This document shows, piece after piece, positions 1-8,789 of a stretch of DNA of 64,000 nucleotides. The notes beneath the pieces are model-generated. The model had not been told where the DNA came from, did not search any database, and saw nothing but the letters and a program-made list of their open reading frames with translations. The stretch's first letter is position 1, and every line of letters starts with the position of its first letter. The translations under genes were made by a program, and so were the position numbers. This DNA comes from Candidatus Omnitrophota bacterium (lineage in GTDB: Bacteria; Omnitrophota; Gorgyraeia; Gygaellales; Profunditerraquicolaceae): assembly GCA_041661605.1 (NCBI GenBank), contig JBAZUE010000001.1:223467-287466 (forward strand), given 5' to 3'.

Positions 1-812
1 TTGAGATATTCGGGCCAGAGGCTTCCGGTAAGACTACTTTGACCTTAACGGCGATAAGGGAGATTCAGAAAAAAGGCGGGGTGGCGGCATTCATTGACGC
101 TGAGCACGCATTTGACCCGACTTATGCCAAGATAATCGGCTTGAATTTAGATGACCTTTTGATTTCTCAGCCGGATACCGGGGAGCAGGCTTTGGAGATC
201 GCAGAAACCTTGGTGCGTTCCAACGCGGTGGATTTAGTGGTGATCGATTCGGTGGCGGCGTTGACTCCGCGCGCTGAGATTGAGGGTGAGATGGGTGATT
301 CGCATATGGGATTGCAGGCGCGTTTAATGTCCCAGGCCTTGCGTAAGTTAACCGGTTCAATCAGCAAATCTCGAACTACGGTTATTTTTATTAACCAGTT
401 AAGAGAAAAGATCGGAGTTATGTTTGGTTCGCCTGAGACGACTCCGGGAGGCCGGGCGCTTAAATTTTATTCGTCGGTAAGATTGGATGTGCGTAGAATC
501 GCTTACTTAAAAGAAGGGGATAAAGTTATTGGTAATCATGTCAGAGTAAGGGTGGTTAAGAATAAAGTCGCTCCGCCATTTCGTGAGGCAGAGTTTGATA
601 TTATGCACAACGAAGGGATTGTCAAGACAGGCGCGGTGATTGACGCATCGATAAGCTTAGGAGTAATCGCTAAATCCGGGACGTGGCTTTCTTTTGAAGA
701 TAAAAAGTTAGGCCAGGGGCGGGATGCGGCAATAAAATTCCTAAAAGAAAATCCTAAATTACAGGAAGATATTGAAAAGGAAGCGCGTAAGAAATTCAGT
801 CTCGCCGGTTAG
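1..812 (+). CDS. recA: Recombinase RecA (5' end outside window)
   Basis: Frame-3 translation from nt 3 reads [15 protein letters not shown] (RecA Walker A). It continues into ORF 39..812 with VVIDSVAAL and [20 protein letters not shown] motifs. Stop is TAG at 810-812. Confidence 0.96.
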   Translation, partial: EIFGPEASGKTTLTLTAIREIQKKGGVAAFIDAEHAFDPTYAKIIGLNLDDLLISQPDTGEQALEIAETLVRSNAVDLVVIDSVAALTPRAEIEGEMGDSHMGLQARLMSQALRKLTGSISKSRTTVIFINQLREKIGVMFGSPETTPGGRALKFYSSVRLDVRRIAYLKEGDKVIGNHVRVRVVKNKVAPPFREAEFDIMHNEGIVKTGAVIDASISLGVIAKSGTWLSFEDKKLGQGRDAAIKFLKENPKLQEDIEKEARKKFSLAG

Positions 813-1314
813 GCCGCAAGGCCATGGTTTGGCTTCCGATAGCCAAAGCCATAGGCCGCAAGGCCATGGTTTGGCCTCCAAAGCTAAAGAGTATGCTTTT
901 CTGCTGCTTAAGTTTCGTCTGCGCAGTGAAAAGGAGTTGATAGAGAGGTTAAGGCGAAAGGGTTTTTCCGAAGAGCTATCCCAAGAGACGGTAAACTTCT
1001 TAAAAGATAAACAGTTTATTGATGACCGCGTTTTTGCCAGGGGCTGGGTTTCCAGCCGGCTTAAGCGGCCGTTTGGCTTAAGAAGGATAAAACAGGAATT
1101 GATGCAGAAGGGGCTGGATAAGCAGGTTATTGAAGAAGCTTTTGTTCAGGCAAAAGAGGATTACGACGAAGCCAGCATAGTTAAACAGTTAGCAGAGCTA
1201 AGGTTGTCTAAACTAAAAAACATAGAGCCGCTTAAGGCAAAGGCGAGGGTATACGCGTATTTGATGCGCAGGGGATTTTCTCCGGATTTGATTATTAATG
1301 TATTGAGGAAGTAA
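772..1314 (+). CDS. recX: Recombination regulator RecX (start uncertain)
   Basis: Sits immediately downstream of recA. The repeated three-helix pattern ([29 protein letters not shown]..., [17 protein letters not shown]) is typical of RecX. ATG 772 overlaps recA by 41 nt. In-frame TTG codons at 829 and 871 are alternative starts. Confidence 0.8.
   Translation: MKRKRVRNSVSPVRPQGHGLASDSQSHRPQGHGLASKAKEYAFLLLKFRLRSEKELIERLRRKGFSEELSQETVNFLKDKQFIDDRVFARGWVSSRLKRPFGLRRIKQELMQKGLDKQVIEEAFVQAKEDYDEASIVKQLAELRLSKLKNIEPLKAKARVYAYLMRRGFSPDLIINVLRK
810..875. repeat. Two direct copies of TAGGCCGCAAGGCCATGGTTTGGC (810-833 and 852-875, 42-bp period), each containing a GGCC-GCAA-GGCC hairpin
   Basis: Read directly from the sequence. 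Copy 1 starts at the recA stop codon. ATGGTTTGGC (824-833) can also pair with GCCAAAGCCAT (842-852). Confidence 0.9.
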
Positions 1315-1364
1315 TTGTTTTGTAACCATTAGAAATATAAAGAGATACATAAAGCGTCTTGTAT

Positions 1365-3956
1365 ATGACTGCAGATAGGTTAAGAGAGAAATTCCTGGAA
1401 TTTTTTAAGGCCAGGAAACATAAGATTGTTGAAAGCGATTCTTTGGTTCCCAAGGATGACCCTACTGTATTGTTTACTCCTGCCGGGATGAACCAGTTTA
1501 AAAAAGAGTTTATGGGTTTTGATTCGGGATTCAAGCGCGCGGCAACAGCGCAGCGCTGCCTGCGCACGGATGACCTGGATAAAGTCGGTAAGACAAGCGC
1601 TCATCACACTTTTTTTGAAATGTTGGGGAATTTTTCCTTTGGAGACTATTTTAAAGAGGAGGCAATTGCCTGGGCCTGGGAGTTTTTAATCAAAGAGTTA
1701 AAGATCGATCAGGATAAACTCTGGGTTTCGGTTTACCAGGAAGATGATGAGGCTTATGATATTTGGAAAGATAAAATAGGTATTCCTGTAAATAAGATTG
1801 TAAAGCTCGGGGATAAAGATAATTTCTGGCCTGCCGAGGCTAAGACAAAAGGGCCAAACGGCCCATGCGGCCCATGCTCGGAGATATTTTATGATTTTGG
1901 GCCTGGTGTGGGCTGTGGGGAGAAGATTTGCGATCCGTCCTGCAGTTGCGGAAGGTTTGTTGAAATATGGAATCTGGTGTTTACGCAGTTTAACCGCAAG
2001 GATGATGGTTTGTTAGAGCCGCTGCCGAATAAGAATATTGATACGGGCATGGGTTTAGAGAGGCTGGCCGCGGTTATGCAGGGTAAGCAGAATAATTTTG
2101 AGACGGAATTATTCCAGCCGATAATTAAAGAGATAGAATTAGGATGCCAAGATATTAATGGGGAGGGAGCCGGTAATGGCATGTTCTATGCAATTGCCGA
2201 CCATTTAAGGGCGGTGGTTTTCTCGATATATGACGGGATTACTCCGTCTAATGAGGGCCGGGGTTATATTGTCAGAAAAATTATTCGTAAAAGTGTTATG
2301 CATTTGAAGAGCCTGGGCATAAATAAGCCGTTTTTAAATAAGTTAGTCGGCCAGCTTGCACAAATAATGCAGGCGCCTTATCCGGATTTAAAAGAAAAGC
2401 AGGAGGATATTGCCCAGGTAATTTTGAATGAAGAAAAGAACTTTATTAATATTTTGAATTCAAGCGAAGTTCTGTTCGCTAAGATTCCTTTGAATTCCGG
2501 AGCAGAAGAAATAGGGGAAGCCGTTTTTAAACTGCATGATACATACGGATTCCCTTCGGAAGAGATAGAAAAATACCTGAAAAAACAAAATGTTGATAAT
2601 TTGGCTGCGATAGCTGATGTTGTAAGCAGGAAATTCGAAGAACAGCGGGAACGCTCCAGATCGCAGAGCACAATGAAAGGCGATGTTTTTGATGCTAAGG
2701 GTTTGGGCTTAAAGCTAAATGCTACGAAGTTTGTCGGTTATAAAGAGAGCTCCGCGGAAGCCAAAATCCTGGCTATTTTAAAAGACGGCAAAGAAGTAAA
2801 TGGGGCTTTAACAGGAGGTATTTTCCAGGTTGTTTTAGACCGGACTCCATTTTACGCCGAATCCGGAGGACAGGTTGGCGATACCGGTGAATTAATAAGC
2901 GGAGCGAATATTTTTAAAGTTTTAAATACGCAGAAAATCGATAATGTTTTTTTACATATTGGAGAAGTTAACTCCGGCAGTTTTAAAAAAGGCGATAAAG
3001 TGACGGCCCAGATTGATGTCAAGCGCAGATTGAACATTGCCAGGAACCATACTGCTACGCATATATTGCAGGCGGCTTTGCGGGAGGTTTTAGGCAGCCA
3101 TGTCCAGCAGCAGGGATCTCTGGTGGCGGAAGAGAAATTCCGTTTTGATTTTACGCACTTTAAAGGTTTGTCAAAAGAAGAGATCTCCAGGGTTGAAGAG
3201 GTAGCAAATAACTGTATAGCCAAGAGTCAGCGGATAAACTGCGAAGAGATGAATTTTAAAGAAGCGAAAAAGGCAGGGGCGTTAGCGTTCTTTGAGGAAA
3301 AATACGGAGAGATGGTACGCGTGGTTACCATGGGGGATATTTCAAAAGAACTCTGCGCAGGCACGCATCTTGATAATATCAGCCAGATTGGCTTTATAAA
3401 AATAATTAGCGAGGGTTCAGTAGCCAGCGGTATCAGGAGGATTGAGGGGGCTACTGACAGTTTCGCGGAGAGATTTATCCAGGATGAAGAGCTTAAAGCC
3501 ATTGAAGAATCTAAGAAAAAGTGTAAGTTAAAGGATTTAAAGGAGCAGGAGAAAAAACGCAGCTTGGAAATAAGTAACAGTTTACGGGATGCGGCGCCCA
3601 GGCTTATAGAGAAGGCAATAAAGTTAAACGGTGTAAATTTAGTTTTATCGCTTGAGGCGGGTTTAGATATGAGCGCTTTGCGGCTTCTGGCGGATAAAGT
3701 AAAAGAGGGGCTAAATCACGGGGTGATTGTTTTAGGCTCGCAGGACAGCCAGCAAAAAAAGGCATATCTGGTTATCGCGGTTACGCAGGATTTATTACCC
3801 AGAGGCCTGGACGCGGGGGCGTTAATCCGTCAGGCTGCTCCGGATATCGGAGGTTCAGGCGGAGGCAGACAGGATTTTGCCCAGGCTGGAGGAACAAAAC
3901 CGGAAAATTTTACATTGGCATTTGAGAAAATAAGAGCTATAATTAAAGCTTTATGA
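1365..3956 (+). CDS. alaS: Alanine--tRNA ligase
   Basis: MTADRLREKFLEFF...PKDDPTVLFTPAGMNQFK...HHTFFEMLGNFSFGDYFK are class II AlaRS motifs, with a C-terminal DHHA1-like GGSGGGR. The ORF track starts at TTG 1359. ATG 1365 is the more likely start. Confidence 0.95.
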   Translation: MTADRLREKFLEFFKARKHKIVESDSLVPKDDPTVLFTPAGMNQFKKEFMGFDSGFKRAATAQRCLRTDDLDKVGKTSAHHTFFEMLGNFSFGDYFKEEAIAWAWEFLIKELKIDQDKLWVSVYQEDDEAYDIWKDKIGIPVNKIVKLGDKDNFWPAEAKTKGPNGPCGPCSEIFYDFGPGVGCGEKICDPSCSCGRFVEIWNLVFTQFNRKDDGLLEPLPNKNIDTGMGLERLAAVMQGKQNNFETELFQPIIKEIELGCQDINGEGAGNGMFYAIADHLRAVVFSIYDGITPSNEGRGYIVRKIIRKSVMHLKSLGINKPFLNKLVGQLAQIMQAPYPDLKEKQEDIAQVILNEEKNFINILNSSEVLFAKIPLNSGAEEIGEAVFKLHDTYGFPSEEIEKYLKKQNVDNLAAIADVVSRKFEEQRERSRSQSTMKGDVFDAKGLGLKLNATKFVGYKESSAEAKILAILKDGKEVNGALTGGIFQVVLDRTPFYAESGGQVGDTGELISGANIFKVLNTQKIDNVFLHIGEVNSGSFKKGDKVTAQIDVKRRLNIARNHTATHILQAALREVLGSHVQQQGSLVAEEKFRFDFTHFKGLSKEEISRVEEVANNCIAKSQRINCEEMNFKEAKKAGALAFFEEKYGEMVRVVTMGDISKELCAGTHLDNISQIGFIKIISEGSVASGIRRIEGATDSFAERFIQDEELKAIEESKKKCKLKDLKEQEKKRSLEISNSLRDAAPRLIEKAIKLNGVNLVLSLEAGLDMSALRLLADKVKEGLNHGVIVLGSQDSQQKKAYLVIAVTQDLLPRGLDAGALIRQAAPDIGGSGGGRQDFAQAGGTKPENFTLAFEKIRAIIKAL

Positions 3957-3972
3957 GAGGGTATATAGCGGA

Positions 3973-5196
3973 ATGAGAATAATTAAGGCAGCAAGTAAAC
4001 AGTTAGAGAAGGTTTATAACCGGGGCTTAACGCGGCAGGCGCGCGTTGAGGACAAGGTCAGAAAGATTATTGATGATGTGCGCCTTTTCGGGGATGAAGC
4101 GCTGATTAAGTATACCCGCAAGTTCGACGGCGTAAAGATGCTGCCGAGGCAGTTAAAGGTTTCGGAGATTGAAATCAGCGGCGCATACGCCAATATCAGC
4201 CCGAATTTTGTCAGCTCTCTTAAAGTAGTTATAGAAAACGTAAACCGTTTTTACCGTAAGCAGCTGCGTAAATCCTGGAGGATCAAAGGAGCAGACGGAA
4301 TAGTGTTAGGTGAAAATTATACCCCTCTGGAAAGAGTGGGTATTTATATTCCCGCCGGGACCGCTCCGCTGGTCTCGACTGTTTATATGACGGTTTTACC
4401 GGCAAAGATGGCAGGGGTAAAAAAGATCGTTTTGGCCAGCCCTCCGGATAAAAACGGCTATATTAATCCGCACATATTAGTAGTTGCCGACCTGCTTAAG
4501 GTTGATGAGATTTACCGTGTTGGAGGAGCGCAGGGGATAGCGGCTTTGGCTTATGGGACTAAGACTATTCCCAGGGTGGATAAAGTTGTCGGGCCGGGGA
4601 ATATTTATGTAAGCGAGGCAAAGCGGCAGGTTTTTGGTATAATTGATATAGATATGATTGCCGGGCCCACGGAGCTGGTGGTTATTGCCAACCGTTTCAG
4701 CGACCCGAAATTCATTATCGCCGATTTGCGCGCGCAGGCTGAACACTCAAAAGGCCTGGCAATATTGATCACTAATTCCAAGGGATTGGCTAAAGAGGTA
4801 AAATCCCAGTTGGACGGAGATAACGGTTACATTATTTTGACTAAGAATTTAAAGCAGGCCTGTGAAATTTCCAATAAAATCGCGCCGGAGCATTTAGAGA
4901 TACTGGTGCAGAATCCTAAGGGGCTGTTAAAGAATATAAAGAATGCCGGGGCGATATTCTTAGGGCCTTACAGCCCTACTGCGGTGGGGGATTATGTCGC
5001 CGGGCCCAGCCATGTTTTACCGACGGGCGGCACAGCCAGGTTCTTTTCCGGCTTAAGCGTGTCAGATTTTGTGAAGAGCTGCCATATTATCAGTTATTCC
5101 AAGAAAGCGCTGGAAAAAATGCGCGAGCCGCTGGAGAAGATTGCCGGAATTGAAGGACTGCAGAAGCATGTGGATTCGGTGAAAGCCCGTTTTTAA
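3973..5196 (+). CDS. hisD: Histidinol dehydrogenase
   Basis: 407 aa with GPGNIYVSEAKRQVFG, IDMIAGPTELVVIA and AQAEHS motifs, in a his-operon context. Confidence 0.93.
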   Translation: MRIIKAASKQLEKVYNRGLTRQARVEDKVRKIIDDVRLFGDEALIKYTRKFDGVKMLPRQLKVSEIEISGAYANISPNFVSSLKVVIENVNRFYRKQLRKSWRIKGADGIVLGENYTPLERVGIYIPAGTAPLVSTVYMTVLPAKMAGVKKIVLASPPDKNGYINPHILVVADLLKVDEIYRVGGAQGIAALAYGTKTIPRVDKVVGPGNIYVSEAKRQVFGIIDIDMIAGPTELVVIANRFSDPKFIIADLRAQAEHSKGLAILITNSKGLAKEVKSQLDGDNGYIILTKNLKQACEISNKIAPEHLEILVQNPKGLLKNIKNAGAIFLGPYSPTAVGDYVAGPSHVLPTGGTARFFSGLSVSDFVKSCHIISYSKKALEKMREPLEKIAGIEGLQKHVDSVKARF

Positions 5197-5204
5197 GGAG
5201 AAAA

Positions 5205-5828
5205 ATGGAAAAAAGAATTGCCGAAGTCAATAGAAAAACGAATGAAACAGAAATATTTATTAAGTTAAATATTGATGGCACTGAAGAAAGAAAGATTAAA
5301 ACCGGCATAGGCTTGCTTGATCATATGTTAGATCTTTTTGCTTACTGGGGGCATTTTGATTTGGAGACAATTGTTAATTGGGGAGATTTCAATATTGATA
5401 TCCACCATACTAATGAAGATGTGGGTATAGTTTTAGGCCAAGTTTTTAAAAAGGCTCTTGGTGAAAAAGTGGGAATTAATCGTATCGGTTCAGCAAGCGT
5501 GCCCATGGAAGAAGTAACGGCTACTGTAACAGTTGATATAAGCGGCAGGGGTTTCTTTAAGGGGATCCAGGTTCAGTGGCCCGCGGGCTTTTTGAATCCT
5601 GAAATTACCGAGACAAAAGAATATTCATTGGAATATGCAAATCATTTTTTTGAATCGTTTGCGAAAAATATGGGCCTGAATTTGATAATTGAATTAAAAG
5701 GCGGTAATCGAGATTTGCATACTAATTTAGAACCGGTATTTAAAGGATTAGGTATCGCTCTGGATCAAGCCACGCAAATTGACCCGCGCAGAAAAGGCAT
5801 CCCTTCTACCAAAGGTGTCATTGACTGA
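5205..5828 (+). CDS. hisB: Imidazoleglycerol-phosphate dehydratase
   Basis: 207 aa with RKTNETEI, GIGLLDHML and HHTNEDVGIVLGQ motifs. Confidence 0.93.
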   Translation: MEKRIAEVNRKTNETEIFIKLNIDGTEERKIKTGIGLLDHMLDLFAYWGHFDLETIVNWGDFNIDIHHTNEDVGIVLGQVFKKALGEKVGINRIGSASVPMEEVTATVTVDISGRGFFKGIQVQWPAGFLNPEITETKEYSLEYANHFFESFAKNMGLNLIIELKGGNRDLHTNLEPVFKGLGIALDQATQIDPRRKGIPSTKGVID

Positions 5829-6442
5829 TGAAGATAGCGATCATTGACTATGGGATGGGCAATATTCATAGCGTGTCCAAGGCCATCCAGCTTTGCGGAG
5901 CCAGTCCCGTTGTAACCAATAAAAAAAGCCAGTTAAACTCTTGCGCAAAAATAGTCCTGCCGGGAGTGGGCGCTTTTGATGACGCGATTGCGGAGTTGGA
6001 AAGGCTGGGGTTAGTTTCCGTTATTAAGGAGCAGATTGGAAAAAGAAAACCGTTTTTGGGAATTTGTTTAGGTATGCAGCTTTTGTTTGAAGGGAGCCAG
6101 GAGGCGAAGAATAAAGAAGGCCTGGGAGTTTTTAAGGGGCAGGTAGTTAAGTTCAGCGCTAAATTGGGACAAAAAGTTCCGCATATGGGGTGGAATAACC
6201 TGGGGGATATTTTGTCCGGATGCCCTTTATTAAAGGGAATAAACGATAATGAACAGGTATATTTTTGCCACTCTTATTATCCTGAGCCCGCGGATAATTC
6301 TATAGTCGCTGCGACTTGCGGCTATGGCGTAAAGTTTGCTTGTGTTTTAGCCAGGGAGAATATTTACGGCGTGCAGTTCCATCCGGAAAAAAGCCAGTCA
6401 GCAGGGCTTAAGATAATTAAGAATTTTGTAGAGCTATGTTAA
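5828..6442 (+). CDS. hisH: Imidazole glycerol phosphate synthase, glutamine amidotransferase subunit
   Basis: MKIAIIDYGMGNIHSV, GICLGMQLLF (catalytic Cys) and VQFHPEKS motifs. Confidence 0.94.
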   Translation: MKIAIIDYGMGNIHSVSKAIQLCGASPVVTNKKSQLNSCAKIVLPGVGAFDDAIAELERLGLVSVIKEQIGKRKPFLGICLGMQLLFEGSQEAKNKEGLGVFKGQVVKFSAKLGQKVPHMGWNNLGDILSGCPLLKGINDNEQVYFCHSYYPEPADNSIVAATCGYGVKFACVLARENIYGVQFHPEKSQSAGLKIIKNFVELC

Positions 6443-7152
6443 TCATTCCGGCGATAGATTTAAGAGGCGGTAAGGTAGTCAGGCTTTTCCAGGGTAAATT
6501 CGATCAGGAAAAGATTTATTCCAAAGACCCGGTTAAAGTGGCCAAGCATTGGGCCAGGCAGGGCGCGAAATTCCTGCATATCGTGGATTTGGATGGGGCT
6601 TCCAGCGGTGTATCTAAAAATCTGGATGTTTTAAAAGAAATAATAACCCAGGTGGGTGTTCCTCTTGAGTTTGGCGGCGGGGTAAGGAGCATGGAAAAAA
6701 TATCCGAACTACTGGGCATGGGGGTAGAGAGGGTGGTTTTGGGCACGCGGGCGGCTAATGAGGCGCAGTTTTTGAAAAAGGCCTGGAAGAAATTTGGCGA
6801 AAAGATTATTGTGAGTATCGATGCCAGGGGCGAAAAGGTTTTAACTCAGGGATGGAACCGCGCTACTTCCAAAACAACGTTGGATTTTGCTAAAGAATTA
6901 AAGGAGGTGGGATTTAAACAGCTTATCTATACGGATGTCTCCAGGGATGGCGCTTTGGCCGGCCCGAATATTCTGGGGATAAAGGAATTGATTAGTAAAA
7001 CCGGTTTAAATGTTATTGCTTCAGGTGGAGTGGCGGATTTAAAGGATCTGGTTAAGCTTAAGAGTTTGCAGAAGAAGGGTTTGTCGGGGGTAATTATCGG
7101 TAAGGCTTTGTATGAAGGTAAATTTACTTTGGCCGAGGCTTTAAAAAACTAA
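6436..7152 (+). CDS. hisA: ProFAR isomerase
   Basis: MLIIPAIDLRGGKVVRLFQG and the C-terminal GVIIGKALYEG motif. Overlaps hisH by 7 nt. Confidence 0.93.
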   Translation: MLIIPAIDLRGGKVVRLFQGKFDQEKIYSKDPVKVAKHWARQGAKFLHIVDLDGASSGVSKNLDVLKEIITQVGVPLEFGGGVRSMEKISELLGMGVERVVLGTRAANEAQFLKKAWKKFGEKIIVSIDARGEKVLTQGWNRATSKTTLDFAKELKEVGFKQLIYTDVSRDGALAGPNILGIKELISKTGLNVIASGGVADLKDLVKLKSLQKKGLSGVIIGKALYEGKFTLAEALKN

Positions 7153-7164
7153 GGGGGGATAGGC

Positions 7165-7599
7165 ATGGAAAAAAGAGTATTGTTGTTGGGGGTAGCGGCA
7201 TTTTTTGTTATTTCTTTAAGCGGGTGTTCTACGGCTAGTAAGAAAAAGGATTTAGAAATGCAGGGTTTGAGAAACCAGGTTTCCGCTCTTGAAGCACAGG
7301 CTCCCGCTAAAACTGAAGAGACAAGCAGCGCGGAGGAAGTTTCAACAAAAAGCACGGAAGCATCAACGGAGAGTTTAGATAAAACCGGAGAAGTAAAGGA
7401 ACGGCCGAGCGCAAGGCAGATTCAGGCAGCTTTAAAAAATGCCGGCTATTATGAAGGGGTTATTGACGGTAAAATTGGAAAGAAGACCCGTCAGTCGATA
7501 AAAGATTTTCAGAAGGCGAATAATCTTTCAGTGGACGGCAAGGTAGGAAAAAAGACCTGGGCGGCCTTGAAAGAATATCTGCAGAAGAAAGTAAAATAA
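7165..7599 (+). CDS. Lipoprotein with a C-terminal peptidoglycan-binding (PG_binding_1-like) domain
   Basis: Signal peptide plus lipobox (VISLSGC), a Ser/Glu/Thr-rich linker, then IQAALKNAGYYEGVIDGKIGKKTRQSIKDFQKANNLSVDGKVGKKTWAAL. Confidence 0.8.
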   Translation: MEKRVLLLGVAAFFVISLSGCSTASKKKDLEMQGLRNQVSALEAQAPAKTEETSSAEEVSTKSTEASTESLDKTGEVKERPSARQIQAALKNAGYYEGVIDGKIGKKTRQSIKDFQKANNLSVDGKVGKKTWAALKEYLQKKVK

Positions 7600-7603
7600 G
7601 CGA

Positions 7604-7646
7604 GGCCATAACTTATGGAGGCGTAGCCGACATAAGTTATCTGGCC
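7604..7646 (-). repeat. Stem-loop repeat, copy A (GGCCATAACTTATG-N13-CATAAGTTATCTGGCC)
   Basis: 10-bp perfect stem 7608-7617/7631-7640. About 80% identical to copy B over roughly 55 nt. Starts 4 nt after the upstream stop codon. Orientation is assigned from the loop consensus. Confidence 0.85.
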
Positions 7647-7651
7647 GAGCT

Positions 7652-7679
7652 TATCCTTGCGAGCAGGAGAGCAAGGATA
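7652..7679. other. Second hairpin TATCCTTGC-N10-GCAAGGATA
   Basis: 9-bp perfect inverted repeat 7652-7660/7671-7679, upstream of hisF. Confidence 0.7.
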
Positions 7680-7704
7680 TTGTTATATAAAACAAGAAAG
7701 TTAT

Positions 7705-8460
7705 ATGTTAAGTAAACGTATTATTCCTTGTCTGGATATTAAAGCCGGCCGCGTGGTAAAAGGCGTAAAATTCCTGGGGCTTCGTGATGCCGGGGATCCG
7801 GTCAGCGTGGCCAAGGCTTATGATGCCCAGGGAGCCGATGAGCTGATTTTTCTGGATATCACCGCCAGTATCGAAAATAGGAAAACCCTGCTGGTTCTGG
7901 TTGAAGAGATCGCCAGTAATATTTTCATGCCGTTTACGGTCGGAGGGGGTATAAGCGAGATTGAAGACATCCGCAATATTTTGAATGCCGGAGCGGAGAA
8001 GGTTTCTCTTAATACCCAGGCAGTGAAATTTCCGGAGTTAATCAGCAGCGCCGCGAAAAGATTTGGCAGCCAGTGTATAGTGGTAGCTATTGACGCAAAG
8101 AAACAGGGTGATTTCTGGGAGGTTTTTATTAACGGCGGAAGGACTCCTACGGGTATTGATGCCGTGATCTGGGCGGAAAAAGCCGCCAGGCTTGGGGCAG
8201 GGGAGATTCTTTTGACGAGTATGGATTATGACGGTACAAAAAATGGTTATGACTTGAAGCTGACTAAGGAAATTACGTCCAAGGTGAACATCCCGGTGAT
8301 TGCCTCTGGCGGCGCAGGTAAGCTTGAAGATTTCTATAATGTGTTTATGAAAGCAGGCGCGGATGCCGCTTTGGCCGCTTCGCTTTTCCATTATGGCAGG
8401 CTTTCCGTAAAACAAGTTAAGGAATATTTAAGTCAGAGAGGGATAAGCGTGAGATTATGA
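7705..8460 (+). CDS. hisF: Imidazole glycerol phosphate synthase, cyclase subunit
   Basis: [23 protein letters not shown] is the canonical HisF N-terminus. The ORF-track start (TTG 7657) runs through the hairpin and is unlikely. Confidence 0.94.
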   Translation: MLSKRIIPCLDIKAGRVVKGVKFLGLRDAGDPVSVAKAYDAQGADELIFLDITASIENRKTLLVLVEEIASNIFMPFTVGGGISEIEDIRNILNAGAEKVSLNTQAVKFPELISSAAKRFGSQCIVVAIDAKKQGDFWEVFINGGRTPTGIDAVIWAEKAARLGAGEILLTSMDYDGTKNGYDLKLTKEITSKVNIPVIASGGAGKLEDFYNVFMKAGADAALAASLFHYGRLSVKQVKEYLSQRGISVRL

Positions 8461-8789
8461 AAAGTATAAAATTTAAATTAAAAGATTTAAAGTTCGATAA
8501 GAACGGATTGATACCGGCGATAATCCAGGATTATAAAAATAACCAGGTTTTGATGGTGGCTTATATGAACCTGGAGTCGTTGCGCAGGAGTTTAAAATCA
8601 GGTAAAACATGTTTTTGGTCGCGTTCAAGAAAAGAGTATTGGGTCAAAGGTTTAACCAGCGGGCATTTCCAGTTTGTCAAATCTATAGCTTATGATTGCG
8701 ATATGGACGCGCTTTTAATCAAGGTGCGCCAGGTGGGGGCGGCTTGCCACACAGGCAACAGGAGTTGTTTTTATAGAGAACTTAGATGA
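8457..8789 (+). CDS. hisI: Phosphoribosyl-AMP cyclohydrolase (HisI domain only)
   Basis: 110 aa with [22 protein letters not shown] and CHTG..SCF motifs. No HisE domain is fused. Confidence 0.9.
   Translation: MKSIKFKLKDLKFDKNGLIPAIIQDYKNNQVLMVAYMNLESLRRSLKSGKTCFWSRSRKEYWVKGLTSGHFQFVKSIAYDCDMDALLIKVRQVGAACHTGNRSCFYRELR

Noticed and set aside
810-875. The 42-bp period direct repeat as a mini-CRISPR or VNTR array.
   Set aside because: There are only two copies. They sit at a gene junction, and the 18-nt segment between copies is partly complementary to the repeat itself. A structured junction or duplication is the simpler reading.
7604-7646. Possibility that the ACTTATG...CATAAGT hairpins are integron attC sites or CRISPR repeats.
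   Set aside because: The ends do not fit the attC RYYYAAC/GTTRRRY cores. No integrase or cas gene is present. The copies are isolated single hairpins tens of kilobases apart, not arrays with spacers.
7657-7704. ORF-track N-terminal extensions at 7657, 10310, 10846, 20956, 36067, 55534, 57078, 60216, 61073, 1359 and 15094.
   Set aside because: In each case a downstream ATG gives the canonical family N-terminus and usually has a Shine-Dalgarno sequence. The extension runs through a hairpin, a terminator or the upstream gene.
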